In this document: piece after piece, positions 35,514 through 46,603 of the stretch | Layout of the letters: the number at the start of each line of letters is the position of its first letter | Numbering within the stretch: the first letter of the stretch is position 1 | Assembly (NCBI GenBank): GCA_052426225.1 | Contig: JBNJNM010000014.1 | Location: 186,001-250,000, forward strand | Origin: Zancudomyces culisetae HAW-14-8 | Lineage: Eukaryota; Fungi; Kickxellomycota | DNA: 64,000 nt | Direction of reading: 5' to 3' | Made by a program: the position numbers and the translations under genes | Notes under the pieces: generated by a model | Seen by the model: the letters and a program-made list of their open reading frames with translations, nothing else | Told to the model about the DNA's origin: nothing | The model's database searches: none

Positions 35514-37898
35514 ATGCTTCGATCAGAATTCGGAAACAGTAACTGTACGACGAGTAATGAGAAGGAAAAACCACATAAATCGTATGAGGACAAGTCCTAC
35601 AAAAGGCACGTAATAAGTTTTAGGATTAATCAAAAAAAGAGCTTACGGAAGAGGCCAGTAGATCAGCTTTTACATGAGCTTGTCGGAAGTATCGAAAAAA
35701 AAGTTGAACTATTGCAAAAGAAAACTAAAAGAAAAAATGCCACATCCACGGGAAATTTCTATCGAAACATAAAAAAACACACAAGAAATTTGTTGACAAA
35801 TGTCTGCCTTATTGATTTGAACACTGAAAACACTGTTGGTGGGAGTTCAGAGGAAATTTTACTGTCAAGGCTTTTAAAGGACGTGATAGAAGATTTGATG
35901 AGTAGGTTTGTAAATAGCTATCCTATTTCTGCAAACGTTCTTCGAATCCCTCATTTTATACAAAATGTAAAGAGTTTCCAAGTGCCAAAATACGTTATTT
36001 ACACACTTTTGTTGGTAGGATCGTCTATACTAAAGGATAAAAAGTTTTTTGATGTATTTACAAAGGAAAGGCGCAAAAGGGTATTGAAATATGTGACTGA
36101 ATATATGAAAAGTGTACTCAGACACCCAGATTGTTTAGGCATATGGACAATGATAGTGTTGGCTAGACATTACGCCACCATTGGGATTGTATCACAATGC
36201 ACTAAATATACCAACTTAGCAGCTAGATTAGGAATTTCAATGAAGTTACACATGGTGGATGCATACTGTATTAGTACCCCTGAGATTGAGTGTGAGGATT
36301 TAGTTGTAGAAAAAGAGCTTAAAAGGCGACTTTGGTGGTGCTTATATATGTACTCTGTAGGCGCCTCCGAGGGGTTAACTTTTATTCCTGCCATACAGCT
36401 TAAAGATGTGTTTGTAAACCTGCCTAGAAATGATTATTTATGGCATAGCAAGGCAAATTTTACCATTTCAGGTACAAAACCGATAAACAAACACGATGTA
36501 ATTCTGGACAGTCAAGGAGGTTTCAAGCTTGATACATATGCTTTATACACAATGCTGTTCAAGATAAGATATGAAATTGTGATTTTTGTTAACCGAAGGG
36601 AAATTGCTATTTCAAAAGATACAGGAGTGGATTACAGACGCTATTTGAAACTGTTCACAGATGCTAGAAATTTTCAAAAAAGTACAGTAGTGAGGTTTCA
36701 CAATGAACTGGAAAAGATATTGACGTTCTCAATAAGAAACCAAGGCATAGTAAACACAATGAATATCGAGTATTTTATAATACAGCACTGTATATTGATT
36801 TTGAACACTTGTGTGACGAATATGTATATCGTCAGTTCAGAGGTAGCTCATTATGAAAATGTGGATATCCATCCACAGCGTGTAAAATCAGCCAAATTTA
36901 CTTTAATAGATAATACTCTATATCTTATAGAGGTTTTCTACTGGCTAATGTCAAATTTTTGTTCTGATAAGCTCAATCTAAGTCTTATACTGTTGGCATT
37001 AAATACCTACAAGTTTCTTATCAACTTGGAGTATATCAGAAATTTGGCCAGACACAATGCAATTGTAAATGGGAAGAGAGTAATAATCACATACTTTGAA
37101 AGACTTAAATCAACATCTCTATTATCTGAAACATTTATTTATCTGGCTAACAACATGTCTGATCTTAAAAAAAGTTACGACAAGGCCAATATAAAATTCA
37201 GAAATATTCCATATACATTTAAAATGAAGATGATCTCACCTTACGACTACAACCCATGGATGCTTCCAAATGGAAGTAGTTACCGTAGGAGGGAATGCTG
37301 CCACAATTCAACCAATACAAAGGTACATGATCCATTTCTGTTAAGTAGACTCGCTGAAAAAGAATGTCAGGATAAAAGCAGGGGATTTTCCTATTTTTCA
37401 ATAAATGGTGCTTGTTTAAAAAGAATCATAATGGAAACTGACTTGAAACCAACAATCAAGGAAGCAGAAAAACTTATGTTGTTATTGGAAGACCTAGAAA
37501 TATCGAAACAGAAACCAAAAAATTACAAGCGCAATCTCAATAGTGATCCAAATCTTGATGATGACCCAAAGAATTTTTATGTAAAAAATGTCGATTTCCA
37601 CACAGCTCCGCAAAATATTGTGATGCTTGAAAAATGTAAAAAAATGATTGAACGTACTTTTTATTCTATTTTGATGGCGAACCACAACTATACGAGTACA
37701 GATCATCCCCCAGTATTTGGCAATTATTTTTCCAACTTTGGGCACAAAGACACTACGCCGAATCTTGACTTTACTGAACTATTCTATAACCCCATAGAAC
37801 AAGGAAGGTATGGATTCACTGATGGGTGTGATTTTATCAACGTCAACAACACGCACTCTAACTTCAATTCCACTCTTAATTCTATGGATGATGTTTGA
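35514..37898 (+). CDS. Fungal-specific transcription-factor-domain (Fungal_trans/MHR) protein without a visible Zn2Cys6 cluster
   Basis: YTNLAARLGISMKLH...EKELKRRLWWCLYMY...LPRND motif typical of the middle homology region; 794-aa intronless ORF. Confidence 0.7.
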   Translation: MLRSEFGNSNCTTSNEKEKPHKSYEDKSYKRHVISFRINQKKSLRKRPVDQLLHELVGSIEKKVELLQKKTKRKNATSTGNFYRNIKKHTRNLLTNVCLIDLNTENTVGGSSEEILLSRLLKDVIEDLMSRFVNSYPISANVLRIPHFIQNVKSFQVPKYVIYTLLLVGSSILKDKKFFDVFTKERRKRVLKYVTEYMKSVLRHPDCLGIWTMIVLARHYATIGIVSQCTKYTNLAARLGISMKLHMVDAYCISTPEIECEDLVVEKELKRRLWWCLYMYSVGASEGLTFIPAIQLKDVFVNLPRNDYLWHSKANFTISGTKPINKHDVILDSQGGFKLDTYALYTMLFKIRYEIVIFVNRREIAISKDTGVDYRRYLKLFTDARNFQKSTVVRFHNELEKILTFSIRNQGIVNTMNIEYFIIQHCILILNTCVTNMYIVSSEVAHYENVDIHPQRVKSAKFTLIDNTLYLIEVFYWLMSNFCSDKLNLSLILLALNTYKFLINLEYIRNLARHNAIVNGKRVIITYFERLKSTSLLSETFIYLANNMSDLKKSYDKANIKFRNIPYTFKMKMISPYDYNPWMLPNGSSYRRRECCHNSTNTKVHDPFLLSRLAEKECQDKSRGFSYFSINGACLKRIIMETDLKPTIKEAEKLMLLLEDLEISKQKPKNYKRNLNSDPNLDDDPKNFYVKNVDFHTAPQNIVMLEKCKKMIERTFYSILMANHNYTSTDHPPVFGNYFSNFGHKDTTPNLDFTELFYNPIEQGRYGFTDGCDFINVNNTHSNFNSTLNSMDDV

Positions 37899-39786
37899 TA
37901 TTATTGAGTTGTAGTAAACCCTGACATGAACCTTTGAACTCTACTCTTGTTAAAAACTTCATCAAACATATCTCGATATATTATAAATTATTGTATCTTT
38001 GAACTCACAATACCTGACTTGGCTTTGTAGGTTGTCTAGTTGGGCTTTTTAACTTTTAGTATTACAATTCGTCAATAAATTACATGTTCTGATTATTTGT
38101 GGAAACCTAAAAAATATATAGATAAAAAAACCAATTCTTTAATTAAAACAAAAACTGACCAACCCTGGTGGAAGTGAGGCGAGTTGTAGTTGATTTAGTT
38201 TTACTAGTGAGCTATATACTTGTACTAACTTCTGGTTTTTTTTTAGCTCATTGAATGCAAAATCGGATAATATTCGTGGTATTTGTTGATATTGTATAGT
38301 CATTGTCCAAGAGCTGTTGATACAATGCTTATCACCATTCGATTTCATTACTTTAATACCCAATTGGTTGGCTGTACATAAATATCGAAAGTACAAAAAT
38401 ATCAGACTGTGGTATACTAATATCACAGTACTTTAGTGAGTAATGTAGCTGGTTATGCATATGACGATAGTCGATTTAGATTATATTTTTATTCGTTGTT
38501 GAAACATCTTTATTATTTTAGAGTTTAGTTATAATAATATAACTATCTGTAAGGGTGTAATAATGAAAAATTAACAATATAGCCAGCTATATCATACATG
38601 GGTGTTTATAAGGATAAAATCACTGCAAACAACAGTAAGACTATAGTCGGTGCTAATCCCACTAAAACCAGTATACAAAACAGTTTAATACTACCCATAT
38701 ATGAGTAGATATGTGCATAAAAAGGATCCTCCAATCCTTTTTTCTTTAAAACTGTCCTGATAGCTGCATTATGACTCAATAATAGACATATGCAATAAAC
38801 ATAAAAGTAGGTATTAAAAAGGTTATTCAGATTAGATGTTGAAAAAGTTTATCCTTGCCGAATACCTAACAGATGACAAGATTACGAGAATAGTGAAAGC
38901 ATAACTCGCGACTACCATCAGAAAGGCGAGAATTATAAAGACTTTAAAAGTTGTGATAACCGATTTTTTTAACTTGCTATCGTTGGTATTTGCAACTCGG
39001 CTTTCTACCTGTGCAAGGTTCCATTTTCTTTTGATTGAAATTGGATGTTGATCGTTAATCGTTGACTACTAAGTTCGAGCTATTAAGTTTGAGTAGAGAT
39101 ATAGGTTATATAGCGACTATTGCTTTATATTTTAGTACACCATATATATTAAGTTTGCTAGATTAAATTGATGATAAAAAGTTATTCTCTTCACGTTTTC
39201 CGATTTTAGATGAAAGACCCACGGTCCTTTTTACTACATAGGTACTTTTTCAAAAGTGCATATTATTTCATTTTTAATTCTTAATTTGATATTTTTGGTT
39301 GAAGGTTGTCTATGTGTAAGGATTATTATTCTTAATTGTTCTCTGCGCATTTCCAACTAGAAAAAAACCTAATGGCATGATCAATACCTAGTTGTTAGAT
39401 TATGCTTGCTCATTTTAAAATTTGAACCAAATTTTTTAATATGTTCGATAATCGGATTAATATCGTAGTTTGGGTTGTTAAAAGATCGAACTATAGTTGA
39501 ATCGAGCTGTTTTAAATAATTAATCATCAAAATGTCGCTGCTATATGTTCGCCATTCAGCATTAATATCGATGATAGCAGACTTGTAGTTTTTTATAGTA
39601 CCAACTTTTTAATTGTTACTAATACGATGTTCATCAAGGAAATTGATAACATCAACAACTGAAACGTTATTAATATTAAGTTTTGCAGACTCTAACCACT
39701 CAATAAACTTTACCTTGAGTTGTAATATTGTTTTAGTCTTGCCATATTTCGTTTACCAATTGTCATTAACGTGATATCTGAATCTT

Positions 39787-41651
39787 TTAAACCCGTTTTT
39801 TCAAGGCGTGCGCGCTTAATTTCCAAGCCGTAAGCGACCATGTTTTGTTTATCTGTGTCACTTGCTTTCCGCTTTTTGGATCCGGAATTATATGTGGAGC
39901 TAATATCTTGATCGGTGGAGCTATTAGCATGCTCTTGAGGTCTGGATACCATGGTGCTGACCTCCAAAACGGTGTTATCAATGTCGCTGATACTTTGTCC
40001 TGTCTGATCTTCTGTAGTGTTTTCTGTATCAGATTCCATGGTGGACAAAGGTATGGATTCGTCCAAATGCTCCAATGATGATTGAATGCATTCGTTTTCG
40101 CTGCTCCTGGTGTCCATTTCCAACTCACAAATGTTGGTAGTTTGTGGTTGTTGTTGTTGGCAAACATGTCCACATCGTGTGGACCAAACTGTTTCTGTAT
40201 CTTCTGAAACATCTTGTCTGATAGTGACCACTCTGTTTGAGCTGTTAAACGTGATGGTGCATCCGCTGGATTCAGTATTGATGGCACATACTGAATCTGA
40301 ACCCGAGTGCCACTGCTGATGCAATGTTTCCAAATTGCTTCCGAAATGTCCATCAGATTCACTGATTTGGTTCCCCCATGCTTCTTGATGTAGCTGATTG
40401 AAGTGTTGTTGTCGCAATATACAACAACACTCTTTCCCTGGACCTGTGGCAGCTTCACTGCATACTGGATTGCTAATAATTCCTTCGCATTGATAGGGAG
40501 CTTCATCTGTTGTCGTGTCCATGTCCCCGTATACTGATTGCTGTCTATCACTATCCCCCAGTGATTGTCGCTCGCATCCGTATATACTTCTATCTCTGGG
40601 ATCTCCGGAAGGAAGCATAGACCATTCCATTGCTTCAGATGGTCCCTCCACCACGTCAGATTGTCCAGTGCGGGCTGATTCAGTGTTACTTGTGAACTCC
40701 AATCCGTGGTGCGTTTCAGAGTGTTGTTTTTGGGCTCTAACAACCTCCTGCTCATCAGTCGTCCCGGTCTGAGTGCTATATTCACTGCCTGCGTTTTGCC
40801 AATGAATGATACCAGATTCTTCAGCGTTGTACGCCCTTTGTTTATCAACCTGGATGCCTCTCTCGCTAAATCTTTGAGTTTCTGTTTGGGTATTTTGAAA
40901 CTCATTTGACGGCTGTTGATGTTCATCCCAAGATGCGTAATACATTGTTTGGGATGTATTGATGACTTTTCCTGGTTGATCAGGAATCCCAGTTTCACCA
41001 GTTTCTTGGATACCATGTTTGTGAACTTTAGACACTCTGTTTTTGTTGATCCTAAGATTAACAAATTGTCTAAGTAGCTTGACATTCGTATCCCGCGAGC
41101 TCTGGCCCATTTCAGTACTGGTTTTAGTATTTTTGTGAATACTAGTGGGCTTAAAGATAGACCAAATGGGAGCACCCTGTACTGGTAGGTGCGACCGCCC
41201 CATGTAAATCTGAGATACTTTCTGGACGTTTGTTGATCAATACGTGTAGAAAAGCATCGCTGAGGTCTATGCTGGTCATATAATCCCCTTTGCGGATCAT
41301 TCTGGAGATAGTTGTGAGCGACTCCATCTTGAAATGTCGCTGTGGGATGTACTGATTTAACGGTCTTAAATTCAGTACCATCCGCGTGCCTCCGTTCTTC
41401 TTTGGGATTGTAAACGGATTTGAGTAGAACCCTGGCTGCGCGGATGAAGCTTCCTCTATTGCTTTCTTTGACAAGAGGTTTGTTATCTCCTGTTCGACCA
41501 CTTTTTCTGGAAGCTTTTTCAAGTTGTAACCGAACGGTTTTTTCTGCTTGACCGTCGGTGGATGCGTTTTGAAGGGGATTCTGAACCCTTCTGAAGTCAC
41601 TTGGAGTATCCATTTGTGATATGTGAGGCGCATCCAAGCCTTCTGGAACAT
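39787..41651 (-). pseudogene. DIRS pol: reverse transcriptase, RNase H, adenine-methyltransferase-like domain; frameshifted
   Basis: IPKKNGGTRMVLNLRPLN, SIDLSDAFLH, frameshift at ~41233, LPFGLSLSPLVF, YLDN (canonical YxDD), YTDAS, INAKELLA, CDN, NPADAPSR, DVDMFA...PPW. Confidence 0.9.
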
Positions 41652-41665
41652 CCTCAGTCTCCCTC

Positions 41666-42547
41666 CTACTTTCGGTGTTTGCTGCTGTTTGCAAACCGAA
41701 AATTACCGCCAGTAGCAGCGGATTTGTGTTGTCGTTGTTGCTGGATCTGTTGCGGCTCTGCTTGAACATTCTGGTTAACTGATGGCTGAAACGGGATGCT
41801 TGGGAAGGTCCTGGTTGCGTTGAATCTTGGTCTTCTCTGCTGCACATTTTTTGTTGCACGCTGCAATGTATTTGCAGCTGCTTTAACTTCGAGCATCTGC
41901 TGTATGTCCACGAGAGGCTTCTTTGATGATGAAGCCATTTCTGGAGGATCTGATGGTACTCCTGAGGCTTTGTATGACAGTTTGATTCTTTGTTGCGTGA
42001 TATTGGATGCAACATCCGCAAGTAAAACTCTGATTGAGTTGATAAAAACTGCAAGTTTTTCGGCACTGACTGCACCTCCGTCACGGATTGCTTCGTGCAT
42101 AAAGTAATCCAAAGGTCTTGTACCGGCTGATAAACGGTACTGGATGTCATATAACATCGCATCAGTACGTTTATTGTCACCTGATAACTTGATGTTTTCC
42201 TCTGGTGGTTCATAATCCATGCCAGAGTTTCTTGGGATGGCTGCGTAAAACTTCTTGCGTTCGACATCTGCCAGTGGTGTCCAAAAGAAATCCTGTTCAA
42301 CTGTTGGTAGCGCCTTTTGCAGTTTTGGATACATGACCAGGTCTGATGGTGATGGTCTGGCAACCACGAAGTTTTCAACTGAATCATCGTCTACTGCATC
42401 AACGATTGATGGAGCAGTGATGTTTGCTGAATCACTGATTTCTGATACGGACATGTTATCATTTGGTGCGGTTTGTTTTTCAAGAGCTGATAATCTCTCC
42501 AAAATCTGTTGCAAAACTTCAACTGTAACGTTTGCATTTTGACTCAT
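41666..42547 (-). CDS. DIRS ORF1 (gag-like)
   Basis: 293-aa ORF between the left ITR and the RT ORF, with an N-terminal coiled coil (LQQILERLSALEKQ). Confidence 0.75.
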   Translation of the reverse strand: MSQNANVTVEVLQQILERLSALEKQTAPNDNMSVSEISDSANITAPSIVDAVDDDSVENFVVARPSPSDLVMYPKLQKALPTVEQDFFWTPLADVERKKFYAAIPRNSGMDYEPPEENIKLSGDNKRTDAMLYDIQYRLSAGTRPLDYFMHEAIRDGGAVSAEKLAVFINSIRVLLADVASNITQQRIKLSYKASGVPSDPPEMASSSKKPLVDIQQMLEVKAAANTLQRATKNVQQRRPRFNATRTFPSIPFQPSVNQNVQAEPQQIQQQRQHKSAATGGNFRFANSSKHRK

Positions 42548-42624
42548 TATTGAAAATTTAACTAATGACTTTTATAAATACTATGTATTTTTTATAAGCT
42601 GGTTGAGTACCTAGCGAAAGAAAA

Positions 42625-42914
42625 GATGGTAAAGATTCATCAGGAAACAGGGGACATCAGTTTATATATGGTTTAAATTTATTATATTTAGTTAGTTTTA
42701 CTTATTTTATAAAAATTATACAGTGATGTCTGTCATTACACACATCATTACGTATAAAGTTTCTAAATTTAAACACTCTTTTTATTGATTTAATTATTTA
42801 CCAAATTTTAAGGTAATGGATTAATCGATAAAAATAGTATCTAGGAAAGAATTTTCGATTTATAAAAAGATTGGTACACACACACATATTGTATCTGGAT
42901 AAGTGAAGCATAAT
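42625..42914 (-). repeat. DIRS left terminal repeat
   Basis: Near-identical to 33194-33469; its outer end matches the first part of the ICR. Confidence 0.9.
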
Positions 42915-45900
42915 TACATATAGTTGGCTAAATAATCAATAACTTAATCATAGAAATAAATATTTATAATAAAATAACTTCAGATTTTTCATCGTATACT
43001 CGCTATACGACATAATTAGTTTTATGTGTAATATATTTACTGGAATATTGCATATTAATATATGATTAATTATCATGCTCAAATAGGCTATTGTTATACT
43101 ACGTTTATACTTAGGTTTAATGACATTAATTCTAAAATATTATAATACTTTTGATAAATTTTAAAGTTATAATTTAATTAGTTTGGTTTTGCCATTTCAC
43201 TTTAATCTATCAATGTTCCTAAATAAATTTAAACGATTCCACAGCAAACTAAACTTGAATATTTGTAATACGTCTTATTTGATGAATTATTTATAGTTTA
43301 TTTATTAGCAGCTTGCCTAATGCAACCCGTTTAATTGAAAGTAGCGGTGTCGGGAGGTCCAAATAGAAGTCCCAGAGACTAGTATTTAATAATTTGGTGT
43401 TTGAGTACATTCACCATAACAGCTTTTTTCTAACACATCAGTAGTCTTCTTTTCTATCAGTGGTGTTAAAGTATTGCCCTGATCTGCCTGGATTTTGTTG
43501 AACACTCATATTTTATTATTTGGAGTTCTTCCATGACTGCACCAGAGAAACGATAATTCGAAAATATTTTGGTGTGCAAGATTTAAAATTTAGCATTTAC
43601 TGGAAACGTGGCAACTACGGCCTCAAGAAGTGCTAGTGTTGACTTTACCGTATTTGATACTTGATTTTAAATATAATTTTTACAAGCTAATATACTGATA
43701 GAGTATGAACATGACTATGACAATGACAATGACCAGTTATGCTTTTTTATGGAATTCAACTGTTGATGTATATTTTCGAAGTCAGTAGATATGTTGGGCA
43801 ACTTACACCTCCCCCTATCCGACTTTTTTGTATAGTAGCCTTCAAATCGTATTAATGGTATCCACCTGTATTATTCTCATCTATTTTTTAGTAGTATTCT
43901 AATTTTAGAAGCTCAAGAATTCATTTTGACTTCAAAGTATTAGGCTGAATCAAAGTGTATTGAAATTTGATAGTTTAGGTGTTATGTATTAAACATTTTC
44001 TATTTTAATCTTTGACAGTTTTTCAATAACTTTTAGTCACACCCAGAAAATGGTAGTGTACTAGAACAAGTGTACTTTCTATGATACCTTAGTAAATTTT
44101 TCTCCTAATAGATATATCCTATCGTAACTGGAAGTTTAAAAAAAATTTGTAACTAGTTCCTAATAAAGTACTAACTCTGAACCTTTAAAACATTAGTCCC
44201 ATCATGTAAAAAAAGTTATTAATTAAATTAAATTATACAAATCGATTTAGTATTTTAGAATGTTGATCTAGATCGATATTATTAATTACTCTAAAAATAA
44301 CACAATTGCACAACATTCCCATTAAACAGAGAAAACAGACCCACATACCATTAGATGTTCTTGAAAAAGTGTAAAACAGAAAAAATAATCTGTTCCTGCA
44401 ATTTTAAGGAATACTATTCCCTATTTCCATTCTTCCCGACAAGAGCCAGTCATTGAGTCTAATTATTAGATTGGTAATAATTACAAATCTGTTATAAACC
44501 TAGAATTACGTTTTTAAACCTCTCACCAAGGAGTACACCACGTACCTAACAAGGCCTAGGGGTATTCTAAAAGTCGAGTAGCAACTTCAAGTTACCAGTC
44601 TCTAGGAAGGCAGCACTTACACTCATGGGTAATTCAAAAGTGTATTACTATTAATTAACTGAGTAGTAATAGACCCATTTCTAAATCAAAGTGTACTATC
44701 ATAGTCTTTTATAACCCGATAACAAGCTATATGAAAGCTAAATTTCGTGTAAAACAACATTCAAAGTAGAATTAAACATAATCATATTATTTTGAATGTC
44801 TAAATAAAAGCTATATGAACAAATATCTACAAGTTTCCACCAAAAAATTTACTTCTGGCTTATAATTATAAACAAACAAACCCATAGAAAATTATTTAAT
44901 TATTAGTATCATAGTATGGTCAACCAGGAGACAACACTATTATCATATTTTTTATACTCTGTTTATTTAATATGTAGATAATAGGTGTTTCCATAATAAT
45001 AGCTCGAATTTATTGATTCGATAAGTCGTAAAATTGCGAGTTTTTAGTTTTTTTATGCTTTATCCTCAAACACCTAAAAATAATGTAAAAAAAATTAATT
45101 CTAAATTTGAGTTGAAGATTTAACTCATTATTGTTCAAGATATTACATGAGAGCTTATAAATTTTATATGATATATTACCATAATTGGAACCATGAGCCT
45201 CCTAGTCTTGAAATGAACGGATAGAATCGCATAATTGTTATGTCAATGATCTCCAAAGGCTAAATGACAAATTTGTAAATTAATCCCGAAGTGAGTTTAA
45301 TAACCTTACTAGCTTAAAATCAGCCAATAAATTTATGTTTTAAAACTTGAATGATACTTCCAATCAATAAGGGATTAGACACCTCATAAGTTAATAAACC
45401 TTTGTATCACAATTACGTTGGTGTATGTAATATGTTGAACAAATTATATTGCTGATTACATTATAATTTAAAATAGAATTAACAAATTAGCAAAACTGGT
45501 GCACTTCGGGTCATTTTGTCCATTTTGAAATTATTTACGAAACTTGAATGCCACCGGTATCATCTATGCTGTGATATCGATTGCTTTTTTTTACTAGATA
45601 TTGTGCTTGTTGTGCGATAAAACTACTACTTAGCCTCATCAAAACATTACTATTATTATAATTCACGTGTCTCTCAAAAAACTGATATAGAATTACTAAA
45701 AATAATATTTTTTCTGTTTCTTTCACATGCAAAAGACCAGAAATATTCATTCTCTGGGTAGAAGCTTTAATTTTTCTAACCTTAGAGAAAATACTAGAGA
45801 AAGATTATTAAATTAGGAATCATAAAACAAGTTAAAACCCATTACATATTAACTCTTATACTTATTAATCAACTTATAAATAGCTTGAACTAAATATAGG

Positions 45901-46180
45901 TCTAATAATTTGAGTGAGCTATTGGAGAATTGGGTTTGCAAGTATATCGGATATATTGAAAATAGTTCTAGTGTTCATGGTATATTAGTTATCTGACTAT
46001 TTTGACTAGTAACTTTTAATTCGATAAACCATTTAACCTTATGATCAAAACAGTAACTACAAAAAAAAGTATACAATGTCCAAGTTTTTTTCAGAATCCC
46101 ATTCTCTACAATTCAAAATCGTTTAGAATTTTATCCTAGTTAAAAGGTGTATAGCTTGAATAGTTAAAAACTAAAGTAAA

Positions 46181-46603
46181 ATGGTAAGCATTTTGTTGAC
46201 AACCGCAGTTTTGATTGCCTCAAAGTTTGTAGCTGGTGCTAGCATCCCAGACACCCAGACGACCATTGCAAAAAGACAAGATGACGATAATCGCAATATC
46301 TGCTATTGAGACAATAAAAAGCAATACCCTGACAAATTTCTAAATATTGAAATGTTTGCACAAAGATCAAGGAAAAATAGAATCGGTACAAAGGTGATTA
46401 ATCCAAATCGTTGTTACATCATACCAACTACTGGTTCTTGCTTGCTTAATGGTGGCACGCCTGGTGAAGGCACAATAATGTTTTGCACTGGAACTAATTG
46501 CGATGGTTACTGCCGGGCTGGGCCAAGACAAGTCTGGTATACCCCCGGAGATATGCAGAAAGTTATTGGAGGGCTTGCAAATTCAGTTTATTGGACAATT
46601 TGA
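46181..46603 (+). CDS. Small secreted Cys-protein family member 3, with one in-frame TGA at 46307-46309 (pseudogene or recoding)
   Basis: MVSILLTTAVLIASKFVAGASIPDTQTTIAKRQDDDNRNICY*DNKKQYPDKFLNIEMFAQ... is in frame with the 46352 ORF. It has a signal peptide and KR site, and the domain is homologous to 8068-8622. Confidence 0.75.

Larger units (their letters stand above)
39390..42914 (-). mobile_element. DIRS1-type retrotransposon, 5' half (left ITR, gag, RT/RNase H/MT, start of YR); defective
   Basis: Overlapping long ORFs with RT, RNase H and methyltransferase-like motifs. The minus strand at 39390-39655 matches 32240-32505. Confidence 0.92.

Noticed and set aside
39787-42387. 866-aa ORF as a real single protein
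   Set aside because: Its N-terminal part is an alternative frame over gag and the RT start, joined to RT by the frameshift at ~41233. The true RT N-terminus is in the 41151-41651 ORF.
43300-44700. Coding-like composition on the minus strand, possibly an old pseudogene
   Set aside because: Many stops and no motif I can assign.
46184-46208. GTAAGC after the ATG as an intron donor that might bypass the TGA
   Set aside because: The nearest AG gives a 25-nt intron followed almost immediately by a stop; longer options would remove the signal peptide.
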